64,000 bases of DNA from Lama guanicoe (lineage: Eukaryota), in contig MU053487.1 of the NCBI GenBank assembly GCA_013239625.1, forward strand, positions 3,679,058 to 3,743,057, given 5' to 3'. A model generated the notes under the pieces. The model searched no databases. It was not told where the DNA came from and saw only the letters and a list, made by a program, of their open reading frames with translations. Below, one piece after another: positions 1 to 13,819 of this stretch (positions are counted from its first letter, which is position 1; the number at the start of each line of letters is the position of its first letter). The translations under genes were made by a program, and so were the position numbers.

Positions 1-1320
1 ATTATATGAATGAGAAGTCAGTCTGGTTCAGTAGTTTAAAAGCAGAGATTGTGGGGCAACACAGACCCAGATAAAAATCCCAACTCAGCCATTTCCTAGC
101 TTGTATAAGCTTGGACAAAGAGTGCATCCTCTCTACCTCAATTCCTTCATCTGTATAATGGGCTTAAAATGAGATAATGCATATGCACTTCTTAGCAAAG
201 GTCCTGGCAGATAGTACTTCATTAATAAGTAATAGCTATTAGCAAGAACAATAATAGTACATTGTCTCAAGTTTCTTTCAGCTCTGAGTAGCCTAAATGG
301 TCTTCAACAGGGCAGAATTCTGACACTGAGAGAGGTCAGGACCAGGCTCAGGTCACACAACAACCAGCAGGGAAGGGAGACAGGCAAGGAAGAAACCAAA
401 GACCAGGGTCAGGCAATTTTTTCTCATTTGCTTTCATCCAAGCCTCTCACCAGCCTGGGAAACAGAGGCAGTTGCAACCCTTTTGCAGAGAAGGATATGG
501 CTGAGAGTTTAAGTGACTTGCCTGATGCCGCAAGGCTGCAACTGTCTGAGAGCCCTTTGTGGGCAAATCAGTGTGATGTGGTGGGTGGTGGGGGTGAGGT
601 CCTATGCCCTAGACAAACTGGGGTCACCTCTGGCTCCACCTTCACCAGCTATGCCACCTTGGGCAGGACACTTAACCTCTGAGTCTTAATGCTCCCTTCT
701 GGGCTGTGAGGGTGGTGATAATTTCATAGGATTGCTGTGATACTGAGACGACACTTCCAAAGCACCTGACTTGTAAGCACCACACAGCGCTTGCCTTTCT
801 TCCTTTTTTAAAAATGGCACTGTGCTCTGTCACAGCGGTCAAGCCTTTGGTCTTTCTTGACTCAACGTCTCCAACTATAAAGTGTGGGGTGGGCTCCAAG
901 GTCCCTTCCATAAGACTCTCTGGGATCGATGATGACTTCTTGGCAATAAGCTCTCTCTTCGCTTTCCATTTCCCCTTTTCCCACACAGAACGTGATCTCT
1001 TAGCCTAGATGCTGCTGAAACATATGACATGCTGGCTCCACAGTGTCCAGAACACAGTGGCATCCTTGGATTCTGGGGGAGGCGGGGAGGTTCCTAGAGA
1101 AGAGTAGTCACACTTCCTGTGGGACCCTTCCTTCTACCTTAGCCACCTACAAGGAGTCAGAAGAGCTGGATGTCCTGATAGGCCTAGTAAGCCAGCTGTA
1201 GGGCGATGGCCACTGGTGTGGACGTGGAGGCAGGACCCTGACCTTCCTAGCTTCTGCTTTTCTTGTGTGCATGTGCGTACACACACATACACAACACACA
1301 CAACACAAACACTCTCTCTG

Positions 1321-1321
<1 letters not shown>

Positions 1322-1355
<34 letters not shown>
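1322..1355 (+). repeat. (CA)17 microsatellite
   Basis: Directly visible; degenerate CA-rich extension from ~1279. Confidence 0.97.
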
Positions 1356-1358
<3 letters not shown>

Positions 1359-2299
1359 CAGTAGCTCTTGTGAGGGAATTTAGCCCAGGAGTTGAAAAGG
1401 GTGAACTTCAGAGCCAGTTGGCCTGGTTTCAAATCATAATCCTGCCACTTACCTCTATGAACTTGGGCAAATTAACCTCCCATGCCTCTGTTTTTCCACC
1501 TGTGAAAGGGCATAGTAATAGTGCCTGCCATACTAGGTTTTTGTGACAATAAAATGAGATAACCTGAGAGAAGCATCTGAGACCATGTCCGGTCTTGAGT
1601 AGGTGTCACTGTTACTGTTCCTAAGGGGGCTGAGGACAGATGTTCTGCCTCCGAGTCAGATACTTTACCCAGCATGCGGTGAAATCCAGGATGGATTTTA
1701 CCTTGTTAAAAGCAAATAATACTAAAAAATAATGGAGGAAAATTTAAAGGAGCATCATATCTAAACCAGAAAAGAAAAAAGTTCTGACTCCCTGATGCCT
1801 TTATTCCAACACCAACCACGTTCTCACGTTCCCTCCTTATTATCTTCCTTTCCCTCCCCTCCCCTTTCTGCCCTTAAATGACAGCTTTGAAAAGCCAGAG
1901 CCACTGTGTTTAGCAGTCACAGAAGCAATAAAACCAGAAGGAAATCTGCAAGTTCATAGATTGCCTTAAGATGGGAAAGTGGCATTCATTTTAAGGTAGA
2001 GGCAGCTGAGATCCAGAGAATTCTGTAGGTTCTGTAAAGGGGGAGCTGGCTGCCCCTAGGTCAGGGCTCTCTCCATCCTCTTCTCTGTGCTCCTTCATCC
2101 CAAAGCAGTTCCCACCAGCTCAGCCTTGTCCTCGACTTGACTTCCCCCACTCAGTGTCCACACATTTCCCATCCTGCTGCTCTGCTGTCAGCAAGCTTGA
2201 CCAACACTCCAGGGAGGGAGGGCATGCTGCCAGCACCCCTACCTCACCCCAAAGCCCCCCAGCCATGGCAGCGCGGGCAATGGCTGCCAGTGCACTCAC

Positions 2300-2538
2300 A
2301 ATGTTGCCTGTCTGGAGCATGGTGTCAAAGGCGAAGCTCATGCCATAGTGCTCCATGGCCATGAAGATGGTGTTCACCACGATGCACAAGGTGATGGTGA
2401 GCTCTGCAAAGGGGTCCGTCACAATCCCAAAGAGAAGTTCCTTGAGTTTCACCCAGGTGGGGCAGCACTCCCAGATCAGATACTTCTGAGCCAAGCTGGT
2501 CAAGCGGGGTGGGCACCTCTGTTTAGACTCCTCCAACT
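2300..2538 (-). CDS. SCN10A: SCN10A coding exon 13 (ELEESKQRCPPRLTSLAQKYLIWECCP...DPFAELTITLCIVVNTIFMAMEHY...GNI), DII-S1
   Basis: 239 nt, tgatgcag| acceptor, ATT|GTGAGT donor. Confidence 0.97.
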
Positions 2539-4130
2539 CTGCATCACAGGTATGGTCATTGACAGCTGTTAGCCAGGCATGGACTCAGACGCCCAACCCA
2601 TGGCCATCCCCTAGACCTTGTCATTCCCAATAATGGCCAACTCCAGTCTCCACTGCAGCTCTCTCTCTCTCTCTCTGATGATCAGTTCCTCCTTTTTGAG
2701 CTCCCGTAGTCTAGCAAGTGCAACCCAATCTCTGTCCCCATTCAGTCCTTCAAACCAGGGACCCTATACTTTTTAACTGCCTATCGTGTAGGTCATGTCT
2801 TCTCAACTCCCCAACTTAGATTTCAGGTCCACCCCTCTTTACACTCTTGCTGACTCCCCCATTCCCTCACCCTCTCCCTTCTCCATTGTGCTTGCCTGGT
2901 AAAACCCTAGCTTTGAATAAACCCAAGAGACAGAGGACTCGATACCTGCAGCCAACCAGCTGAACCACGTTGGAAAAAATACACAACCATGCCGACTGGT
3001 CCCCGCTTGTCACTGCCCAGAACTCCTGCCGCATTTCTCTATTTCAGTCAGTTCCTTCAGTCTTACAGACCAGCACTTCTCACTTCCTCCCTTCTCCTCC
3101 AACCTCCACCTCCTCCTCTCAAATCCTCGCTCTCTGCTGATGAGCTCCCTTTGATTTCCATCAGAATACAGAATCACGAGCATATGGACTTCCTTTTCTT
3201 CCTATTGCTGAGCCTCCAGTGAATCTGCAAGTCCATCCCCAGATCTGCCTCATGCCCCACCCAGCGCATGAGCTGGCTCCACTCCTCCCACATGTGTAGG
3301 GGCCCCCCTTTTCTCACACCTACTCATGGCCTGTGTCATCCCCCTTCTCTCCCCTCTGGACCATTCCCATCATCATTCAAGCATGTTTTAGTTTTATCTC
3401 CACTTTTTAAAAGGTCTCCCTGGACCCCATGATATCCTTCATCAACTGTCCTCTGAACAGCAAAATTCCTTATGTGTTTGCTACACTTAACCTCCACTTT
3501 CTCACTTTCTGTTTCCTTCCCAGCCCCTGGAATCAGGCTATTATCCCTTCCAAATTCAAACCATCAATTTCTAGTCCTCACCTTACTCTGCCTCTCACAG
3601 CAGATGACAGTGTTTATAATGCTCTCTTTGAAACCTTCTGTCTATCTGGTCCAGGACGTCATGATCTCGGTTTTTCCTCCATGTCAGTGATCACTTCTCA
3701 ATTTCTGTTCCTGTCTCCCTCTTCCCTTCCTGCCTTTAAATGTTGGAGAACTCAAGCATTCTCTCCTTAGTCTCTCTCTCTCTAGGTGATCTCATTGAGC
3801 AGCCTTAACAAATAAATCATCTCTATGCAGATTCTTCCCAAATTATATGTCAAGTTTCTGATCTCTTCCTTAGGATCCAGATTCACATCTCTAGCTGCTT
3901 CTATAAATTTCCACTTGGATGTGTAACTGGGGCCACCTCTATGGAGGTTAATTACATAGCTTTGGGTCTATCTATGAATTTCACTGCAAGATATACACAC
4001 TGCAGATATACCACCTCTTTCTTTGTGGACCATTGTTTATAAGAACAAAAAAAGGAAACTAGTAAAATACATTATGAAAAAGGATGAGGCAGATATATTT
4101 CTGGAGATATAAAAAACTTTATATATATAT

Positions 4131-4860
4131 AGTACACTGTTGATTGGAATGTAAATTGGTGCAGCTGCTATGAAAAACAGTATGGAGCTCTCTTAAAAAT
4201 TTAAGAATAGAACTACCACATGATCCAACAAGGTCCATACACAAAGAAATGAAACCGCTGTCTCAAAGAGATAGCTGCACTCCCATGTTTACTGCAGCAT
4301 TATTCACAGTAGCCAAGATATGGAAACAATCTAAGTGTCCAACAATGGATGAATGATTTAAAAAGATGTGGTATATAAACACAATGGAATATTACTCAGC
4401 AACGAGAAAGAAGGAAATTCTGCTGTTTGCCCTTAACCATGAGGGCATTATGCTAAGTGAAATAAGCCAGACAGAGAAAGACCAATACTGATACTGCATG
4501 GTATCACTTATATGTGGAATCTTGAAAAAAAAAAGGTCACGCTCAGAAAAGTGGTTGCCAAGGGCTGGGAGTAGGGGAAATAGGAAGAGTTTGGTAAGGG
4601 TACAAACTAGATTCAGCTGTAAGATGAATGATGTCCAAGGATCTAATGTATAACACGGTGACTGTAGTTGATAACACTGTATTGTATCGTTGAAATTTGC
4701 TAAGAGTAGAACATAAATATTTTCACCAAAAAAAAAGATAAATATGTGAGGTGATGGAGGTGTTAATTAACTTGATGGGGGAATCCTTTCACAACGTGTA
4801 CTTAAATCATCTCAATGTACACTTTAAGTATTTTACAATTTTATTTGTCTATATCTGTAT
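4131..4860 (+). mobile_element. L1 3' end fragment (end of ORF2 plus 3'UTR, L1MA-like)
   Basis: L1 hallmark words: gaatgtaaattggtgcagc, gcagcattattcacagtagccaagatatggaaac, atggaatattactcagc, ctaagtgaaataagccag. Confidence 0.85.
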
Positions 4861-7800
4861 ATACACATATTGTCTACTGGGTTCTGAATCTTATGCCCCC
4901 TAGATAGCTCTCAAATCCTTCCATTTCCCATCGTCCCCTCTGCCACTTCCCCAGAGCCCAGCCTCTGCCATCGCTTACCTGGTTTCCTCCTAACTGGTTT
5001 CCCTGCCAACAGTTTTCCCCTCTTAATTCCATTCTCTGCATGTATTCACAGTAACCTTTATAAAGCACAAATATAGCCCCTGCCTCCAGTCCTTTAATGG
5101 CACCTCACTGCTTTTAGGATGAAGTCCCAAGTCCTTAGTACAGTGTAGGAAGTTCCGTAGGTCTGGCCCCAGGTGGTCCCTCCAGCCTTATTTTGAGCCC
5201 CTCTCCTCCTTGCTCTCTGTACTCCAGCCACATTGGGCTTTTTCATTTCTTCAAGTGTTACGTTCTTTTCTGCTTCAGGCTTTGGCTGTCCTTTCTGCCT
5301 AGAATACTTCCCCAACCCCAGGCTAAACTTTCCATATTTCCCTTAGCATTCTGCACTTCTCCCTCAAGATACTCAGCGTCCTGGTAATAACTTGTTCCCT
5401 GTCCTTCTCTCCCACTCAGCATGAGGGTACAGACTGGGCTGTGTTCACAGCTGTGCTCCTGCTTCTGGTCGTCTGGTCTGGACAGCTGTCCAGTCTTAGT
5501 TTGTATGCTGGCATACACGGTTCACGTGCCCGGAGCTCAGTGAACTGCCAAGTTCTTACTGGCTTGGGCCAGAATTTCTCAGGCACAAACACTCCCAAAG
5601 AGGTGACCTTTGTCAATCCTATCACAATTCTGACAGTATCAAGCAACCCTTCTGTATTCCATGGGCGTGGTGGATATAATGTCCAACCCAAAAGATCACA
5701 GGTCACCTGTCCTCTACTCAAAAAACTTCGATCTTTTTGACTTAACCTAAGGTTGTCTTTATCCAGATTCTTTAAAAAATGTCAGTGTTTCCCCTGCCTT
5801 TCCTAGTCTACTCTCACAGTATCTTCTTGAGGGAAAGTCTAACCTACTTCACATTATCTGACCATTTCTTCTTCTCCTGTTCATCAGCTCAAGTCATTAT
5901 AAATTAGCATCACACCCCAAACATCACCTTTGTGCCTCATACTCATTCAACAACTGTTTGTTGAGTGCCTATGCTCTGCTCTTCTGGGACCAGAAATCCA
6001 GCTATGAGCAAATCTTTGCCCTTGTGGAATCTACAACCTAGTGAAGAACAGCCAGTATCTGCTAAGTATCTCCTCTTTGCCGGTAGCAGACCTAAGCACC
6101 TTCCTTACACTAACTCACCAACACAACACTGCAAGGTAAGTACATTTCCCCTATTTTACAGGTGAGAAAACTGAGGCACAGAGCAGCTGATGGCGCTTCA
6201 AGGTGGCACATCTTAGCAGAAGTGGCAAAGCCGGGATGCAAACCCTGACAGTCAGGCTCCAGGGCCTGTGTTCCTAACTCCCACCTCTGCTGCTTCTCAT
6301 CCATCTCACCTCTTTAGTTCTTACCTCAGTTGGAGTGTGTAAAGAACATTTGTTTTGTTCATTCCTGTCTCATTCCTGCAAAATGCATTGCATTTGCTGT
6401 TCATCTGTCTGGAACCCTGTCCCCCAGGTTCTCATAAGGCAGATTCCCTTACTTCATTCAGATTTCTGGTCTCCTTGGAGAGCATGGCCTTCGGCAACCA
6501 CCTTCTCTAAAACAACCCCTTCTGCAGCCCCTGTATTCTATATCCTTCCCTACTTTATTTTTTCTCCTATGTCTTATCACTACCTGAATATCTCTTTGTG
6601 TTCATTATCTGTAGACCCCAGCCCCCAGGATGGAGATTCCATGAACACAGGCTTCTATCTTGCTTACCAATGAATCCTCAACACCTGGAGCAATGCCAGA
6701 CCCATAGCAGGCACTCAATAAATGTTTGTTGGGTGAATAAATGAAAAAAAGAGAGAAGGAGGGAGCTGATAGCTCTCGGGAGTAAGTGAAAAAGCAAGCT
6801 GTTTGTATTTAACATTTACTGTTTGAGGGCTAACAGCAAAAAATGAAAAAAAATCCAAGCAACCTACCTGGCTAACAAAAAGTTGTGGGCATAGTAGCAG
6901 GGTGAAATTCTACACAGCCATGAAAAATGTTAGATGTGCAGACACCATCACAATGAGAAGTAATTATTGGTAGTTATCCATGAGGAAAAATAACATAAGT
7001 GAGTATGTACAAATTGTTTTCACTGGAATACGTACACATTTCTCAAAACTCAAACTCAGGTATGCAAGAAATATAACTTAAGGGTTTTTCCCCCACAACT
7101 GAATTCAATTCATACTGTGTCTGAGTTCTAGGGAGCTCAAGGTTCATAGAGGGTTGAACTGGTCCTTAGTCATTGCCAAATGTATTTCACTTGAGTCATC
7201 AACATTCTCATCTGGCCACTGGTGGGAGAACCAGGGAGATGGCTGTTCCCTCTTTGCCTTTCCAGGTTCCCTCTTTGGCTCTCACTCATCTCCTTCAGTA
7301 GCCTTCAGTGGGAGCAAGGTCATCATCCAGCTACTCTCCTGTCATGCGGAGACCGCAAGGCACCCTCTAAACAGCCTCAGATCATCTCTACTTGGGAACA
7401 TTACTAGCACGTCCTACCCCACAGTTTCTGTCATGCTGGACGTGTGGGTCTCTCTCTAAGACTTGCCACTCCCAGCTTTACCTAGACATTAAGGCACAGA
7501 TTGGCTCTGTTTTCAAATCCCTCAAACATCTTTTTTGGTTTCTTTTGTCCACCATGCCCCGCTCTGCAGTTAGGATTCAGCCCAGGGCTCGGAGGGGAGA
7601 CCACAGGACCCCTTCTCAGGGACACACCAACCTCCAAGCTCCCTTCTCCCTCCTCCAGCACAGGACATTTTACACTTGTCTAGGGCAGGTAAGTAACTGG
7701 ATATGACTAAGGCCATATTTTTCATACACTGGGGCAAAACAAAGGTTGGATAAGAAGACAGGTCTTTTACTCAGGTGAGAAGGATGCAGCCATGCTCTCA

Positions 7801-8402
7801 GGGAACTTGATTGTCATGTAGTCGTTTTCTTTCTCCACCCACTTGACTTAGTGTAAGCAGCTGGAACTTAGATGCATCCCTGTGAAGACTGAGTGGATTC
7901 CCACTTGATGACAGAACCCTGAATTGACAAGGATTTAGTTAAATTGACTAATTAATTTGCTTAAATTGTCTTCCAATGCTCAGCATGATAGGGGCTTGAG
8001 ATGGAAATTAAATTACAACCGTAAAAGTTACAGCCATGAAATACATCAGAATAATTTTTCTATATTTGAAAATTAAAGATTGTTAAATTTCTTGCATACC
8101 TGGATCACTTTTTCAAATCTACTTTTGTGAATACATATGAAACAGATGTTCATTTGAACAAGAGATGAACTACGGGATTTCATTCATTGGAGTCCATTGT
8201 TTTAAAATTTTTATCCACATTAAAAAACAGCCACATTGATCAAGGGTAACAGAGCCAAGGATATAAAAAAGGGGAGTATTTAGAATCTCAGGACACAGAG
8301 GCGGGTGCCCTTTGACACAGGTTTGGGAGGATCCATCTTCTGCTCATAGGGGGACTCATCATTGTGGCACAAAGAATGGATGTTCCAATGAGCAATACTT
8401 AC

Positions 8403-8511
8403 CCTCGAGGACGGAGGTCACGACACTGACAACACTCAACGCCCTTTGAACTCGAAGAGATTCGTCTAAGTATTCCGCTGTTAAGAAAGTCTTCTGTCCT
8501 GCATCCAGTGC
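8403..8511 (-). CDS. SCN10A: SCN10A coding exon 12 (ALDAGQKTFLTAEYLDESLRVQRALSVVSVVTSVLE); alternative start at 8514 (NAGNAG)
   Basis: cccagcag| tandem acceptor, 109 or 112 nt, G|GTAAGT donor. Confidence 0.94.
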
Positions 8512-9714
8512 CTGCTGGGACACAAACAGAGTCAGGACACTCCCCCAACAGGAAGTCTTCTGTGGCAAGGACAGATCACAGCCTCTTACTGGCCTGGCTC
8601 AGGTGGTTGCAAGTTGCCCCACGAAGCTAAGATCCTCTGCAGTCATGCTTAGAGCAAAGGGGCCGATGCATGAACTTGGGGTAAGAACATGAGGAGCAGG
8701 ACACGGAGCTGAGGTGCAGCCAGAGCCTGGGTTCGTAGCTAACAGACGACCCACGCAAAGTCTGCCCTTGAACAAGCACCTGGGTTCAGGGTGAGGATGG
8801 GGCTGCCTCAAGTGCCTCTGAGGTTTCTACCAAAGGGAGGTGAGAGCTGCAGGGGGATCGGGCAAGGCGGTCATTATTAGACTTCTTCTGGGCTGTGCAT
8901 ATGACAATTACACAAATTCCTACTCCATGACAGGCCTCCTTGACCTCCCTCCTAAGAGTCCTGTTTCTCTCGCCAACATCTGACCTAGTTTCAATTCCAC
9001 CCCATCTCTTTCTTTCCGAGGGAATATTTGTGTCTTGATTGCCCATTTCTCAGTTTCTGACACAATCCTTTTGACTCTTCCCTCTCTGTGCCTTCACTGG
9101 AAGTTCTGTCTGGGTCCTGGGCTAGGCCTTTAACTCTGGTCACATGCACACCCTGGAGGTGGGGCGTCCCAGGCCCACAACAGCTGACTCAGCACTGCAC
9201 AAACCATCCAGAATCCAAATTCAACAAACACTTATTGAGCACCTGCCACAGGTGAAGCTCATAGGTATACAGTCAGTGCTTGATAGATATACAGAAAGTT
9301 TGGAAAGTTTTCAACCATGAGGACTCAACTAAAGACACTAGCATCTGCTATTGTTATTGCTCTGACGCATATATAAATGGAGGCAATCTGTGATTCCATT
9401 TAACCTTTTAGCTATTTAGAAACTTTTTTTTATCAGGGGAGAAATGGAGGCTTGAAAAATTTAAGGGACTTGCTGAGGGTAATTCAGTAGGTAAATGGCA
9501 TAGCTGTGATTGAAATCCCAGTCCATCTGACACGGAAGGGCTTAAGGAGTTATCTTGCCCTAGCCAAATAATTTCACTAAAAAAAAATCAAGGTCGGAAT
9601 ATCTAGGAAAGTAGTAATCTAGGCAGCAATAACAAGCTTTCTTGAATGTGGCGTTTTTGAGTGTTAAAGCACCTCCAAGAGAGCCCTGCAGCCTGGCTTT
9701 GACTTGAGGACTCT

Positions 9715-10170
9715 GGGTTGGTGATTCTCTGTTGGTCTATCCTCTACCATCTCTGTCCTGCTCTGTACCTGGGGATGGTGACTTGGACAAACTGCATCAC
9801 CCTCACCCCCTGGTTCTGGTCAGGTTTGGCCAATGAGAGGCACAGACAGGAGATCAGACACTGGAAAGAGAGAGGAGCTGGCTATCTGTCAGCTGGCTTC
9901 TTCCCTGCTGGGCTGTGTCTGAGTAGTGGCTGTGATCCACCACCTCTGTCAGGCTGCCTCTCACACACAAGGGCAGTTCTCACTGGGTTCTGCTCCTTCC
10001 CCTCCGTCCTTCAGCCTAGGCTTGTAACACCTTCCCACTGTGGCTAGTCCCTCAGTGCCTCACTGCCCCTTCTTAGTTCTGGAGCCCAGTGCACACCTCT
10101 GTAACTACTTTAATAAGCTCTCTCCACTTGTCCACGGGAGTGTTCCATCTGTTTCTTGCTGGGACCCTGA
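9715..10170 (+). mobile_element. Old ERVL-type LTR (LTR33-like)
   Basis: ggtcaggtttggccaatgagaggcac, AATAA-like signal and terminal ctgtttcttgctgggaccctga resemble LTR33; family assignment from memory. Confidence 0.55.
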
Positions 10171-10943
10171 ATCCCAGGCATCTAATCAGAGATGGAGCAA
10201 AGGTAATTCTGTAAGACTTATCCAAGTCACTGGAGCCACAGAATGGCCAGCCTACAAGTCTGTTTGCAGTCGATTCTGTGTCCTGGGCTGGTCATAGGGC
10301 AAAAGAAAAACACTCGAAGCATCATTGCTGAAGCTGGAGGGAGAGTTTAAATTAAATCACAGCTCCAATCCAATGAGGAGTCCCTGACTTGCCATTACAC
10401 TCCGTGATTATTCTATTAAGAGTGCTGGTCAGCTAGTCACTTTTGTCTAATTTGTGCATTTCAGCAACTTACTGCTTCTCCGAATAAAGCCAGGGATACT
10501 CTGCTTCAGCTAAGATCTGTCCAAGGCACCTTCCAAGATTTCTCTGAGTCTTAACTGTCAAACCCAGGGTAGTTTGTACAGTTACAGGCAAAACGAGAAG
10601 AACCTTTAATTTTTTCATACTCATCCAGGGAGAAAGCAGGCCTATCTCTAAAGTGGTGACAGTGAGAAAGGACAGAGAAACACTGGAGGAAAAAATGAGA
10701 TCAGCTGTAAAATCATCTGTATCACTATAGTGCAGAGTAAACCAGAAAACCTGTTTGACCTCAGGGAAACCCAATCTCTCCCTCTGGGTCTCACATGACC
10801 GGTCTGTAAAATGAGGGTAGATGGGAGATGTTGCGCAGAGTGATGTCTAAAGGATGGGTCCATAGGTGACACTCAGGGCTCCTTGGCCTGAGTCCTCTAA
10901 CTGGAGAGCAGCCCAAAAGAGTCTGAAGCATTCCCAAACTCAC

Positions 10944-11237
10944 CGAGACTTCGACGGCTCCAGGGGAAAGCTCACCAGTGGGCAATGTGGGGTGGCCATT
11001 TTCTCCATGCCCTGAGCCAGGGTTGAGGGTTTGAGGCAGTGGACTCCCAGGGAGGGGGCCTTGCTGGCTTGCACCCCTATCCAGCAGCAGAGAGCCCCGA
11101 TGGCTTTCACGGTCTCCAGGAAAGATTCTGACATCTGTGACCTCATCAGGGAATGAGATGTCTCGGCCGATGGCCTGGAAATGGAACACACTGCCATGGC
11201 TAGCTCGGCGTCTTCCAGAGGTGAGGCCTAGGAAAGA
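10944..11237 (-). CDS. SCN10A: SCN10A coding exon 11 (SFLGLTSGRRRASHGSVFHF...PGAVEVS), I-II loop with PKA-type RRAS motif
   Basis: 294 nt, cccag| acceptor, TCG|GTGAGT donor. Confidence 0.95.
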
Positions 11238-13819
11238 CTGGGCATGGCCCCAAAAGAGCCCAAAAGAAGGCAAGCTGGAAGGTCATCCTACAGGCAAATC
11301 TGGAATTCAATACTTCCCTCCACCCACTCCCATTTCCCTGCCTTTAGCTTCCCGACTTTCCAGTGGAAAATCAGACACAGACATAAGGGGTATTCTAGGT
11401 AAACATGTAGAGAGGACTGGAGAACAGAATATTCCTGATACAGTGCAGGAAAATGCCAAGAAAGATGAGAGACTGTAAGGTGCAGAAGATCAACAAATAG
11501 GTCATCACAGCCAAGGACATGTCAGAGGACAACCTTGTCACCCAGATGACAGTTGTTGGCCAGCCTTCTGCCATGGGGCTGGACCAAATTGTCTTAAGTT
11601 CCCTGCTTTAATGCAAAGTTGCGATCTCAGAAGACTTATTACACCAGGACAGGAACAAGCTTGGTAAATGGTTGTTGAATGAATGAGTGCTCTTTATAGT
11701 TTGAAAATTAGGTTCTACAATTCATCAGATCTAGCCTACAACGGTGTGAGAGTTTGTGCCACAAAGGAGGAGACAACAGCTTTGTAATATAATGAGCTTC
11801 CAGGATCCCTTGAGGCAAACTTTGAACAGTCAACAATGGGGAGATTGAAGGGAGAGTTGCAGCCTAATTTCCTGGAAGAATAGCGCCATTCTTCCCAGTC
11901 AATAAACATTTCCCATCAAAATCTTCCTCTAAGGGAACTGTGTGGCTTACAGTTGCCAGAGGAAAGGAGCTAATTCACAGGGCCCAGAGCCCCTGGGGAG
12001 TCAGTATGCTGGGTTGGCTAGTTCCCGTGACCACTGTGCGAACCTGACCACAACAAGTTACCAATTCTGTCTTCAGGTCATAGAGAGTGTTTCTAAAATC
12101 TAAACACTGACTTCCTATCAAACTTTGATCATACAGCTGAATTTCCCTCCCTTCCTTAATTCATTTTATTTACTAAATTACTGACGTTGAGACATTTTGT
12201 TAATTAAAGTCCTCCATATTTATTCCCCTCTCCCACATAACTGAGGTTTGCTTTCTTGATAATTGGGACCTCAGTCCTCTATGAGAACTAACACTGTAAT
12301 TTGGTATTAAAACCACAGCACTCTTCACATAGAATATATATCTAAGGCCCATGAGTTCATAAAAATCCACGAATCCTTCCTACTTTTAAAGCAAAGGAAC
12401 AGAATTGGCAAATCCTTACTAAAGATGGGACAACTGAGCTATTTGCACTTGGGCACTAAGCACACTAATAAAGACACTAAGCAGAAAAATTTGTTGTTGA
12501 ATTAACAAGACACAGTTCCTTTTTCCCTTTGAAGGTAAACTTAGCAGTAAAGACAAGCACATAAACACACAGAGAGCAAACAATTATTGGACATCCAAGT
12601 GCTAATCTATGTGGGGCTGACTGAATGGGAGAAATTAAAGCCCAATTCAGAATGTCACTGACATTTCCATGGAAGCTGTGATTCATCCTGTTCTCTGATT
12701 GTCCGAGCCCTACTCAAAACCCCTCTGTAACAGCTTCTGAACTGTGCCCTGTCTATGCCAGGTGCTGCTCAAAAGAGGCAGAGCAAGGCCAGGAAGGGCA
12801 CAAATACAGACTCTAATAAATGCTGAAGCGTGGGTGTCACCAAGGCCAGTGCACATGTGAGCGTGTCTGTGTACGTACACGCACACATCAGTCTGGGGGT
12901 TTTAGAGGTTGTATTCCAAAAAGTAGGGAAAAGAGAAGTGAGCATCAGCAGGCCTGAAAAATATCCACGTTGATCCCCTTCTCCATACGATTAGTGTGGG
13001 ACCTACACTACCACAAAGGGGTTATTACCTCTCAGGCGTGTAGAAAGGGTCTATTGGAGTACACGGGACTTTCGAGGGAGAGGGAGCTGGCAGGAGGAAG
13101 CTTGATGAGCCCAGGGATCTGGGAGTAGGAGGCAGAGGGTTATGACGGTGGGTAGAATCACTACAGGGTCTGAAGTGAGGTACCGGAGTTATTCCTAGGC
13201 TGGACTGTATCACAGAGGTGGGTGTGTGCTGGGATCTCTTGTGCCAACAGTAGGTGAGAACCTGAGCTGCGGAGGCTGAGGCATGAGGTCAGAAAGCAGC
13301 TTGTAACTGATTTCAGCACAATGAACAACGACCCCCTTTCCTGCTCCAGAACTGCTGATCAGAGTGTCAGAAGGAAGCCAACCCTTGATGTCCACACGTC
13401 CACAGACACCTCAAGGTCAGCATGTTCAAGGTCACCAACTTTCCTTACACCTTCCCCACCTTCCCACCTTCCCTACCTTCCTCCTGTGCTTCTGTCTTAG
13501 ACTCATCACCTACTTAACTGCCCAACCTTGAAACCTGGAGTCATTTTGGACTTCTCCCTTCCTGTTCAACATTCCACAGTCTCAGCCTTGTTGACTCCCC
13601 TCAGCCCCCATAAAAGTCTTTATAATCCACCCTTCCTCCATCTTGCTCCTGTCCTAGTTTAGGCTACCATTTTGGGGTGGGAATCTGGATTACGAAAATA
13701 TCCTCCTAGTCTTTGTGCCTGCAGCTATCTCTGGCTACAAACCTCTTCCCATGTCAAAGTATTATCCATGGCAGCTGCAAATGTGGGCGATCTTTAAGGC
13801 ACAACCCTGAGCCCCTTAC

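Noticed and set aside
1..2299. Coding exon 14 (DII S2-S4)
   Set aside because: No matching sequence was seen; it presumably lies beyond the window.
6183..6197. CTCF-like motif GCAGCTGATGGCGCT
   Set aside because: Mismatches in the core and located inside a MIR; not supportable from sequence alone.
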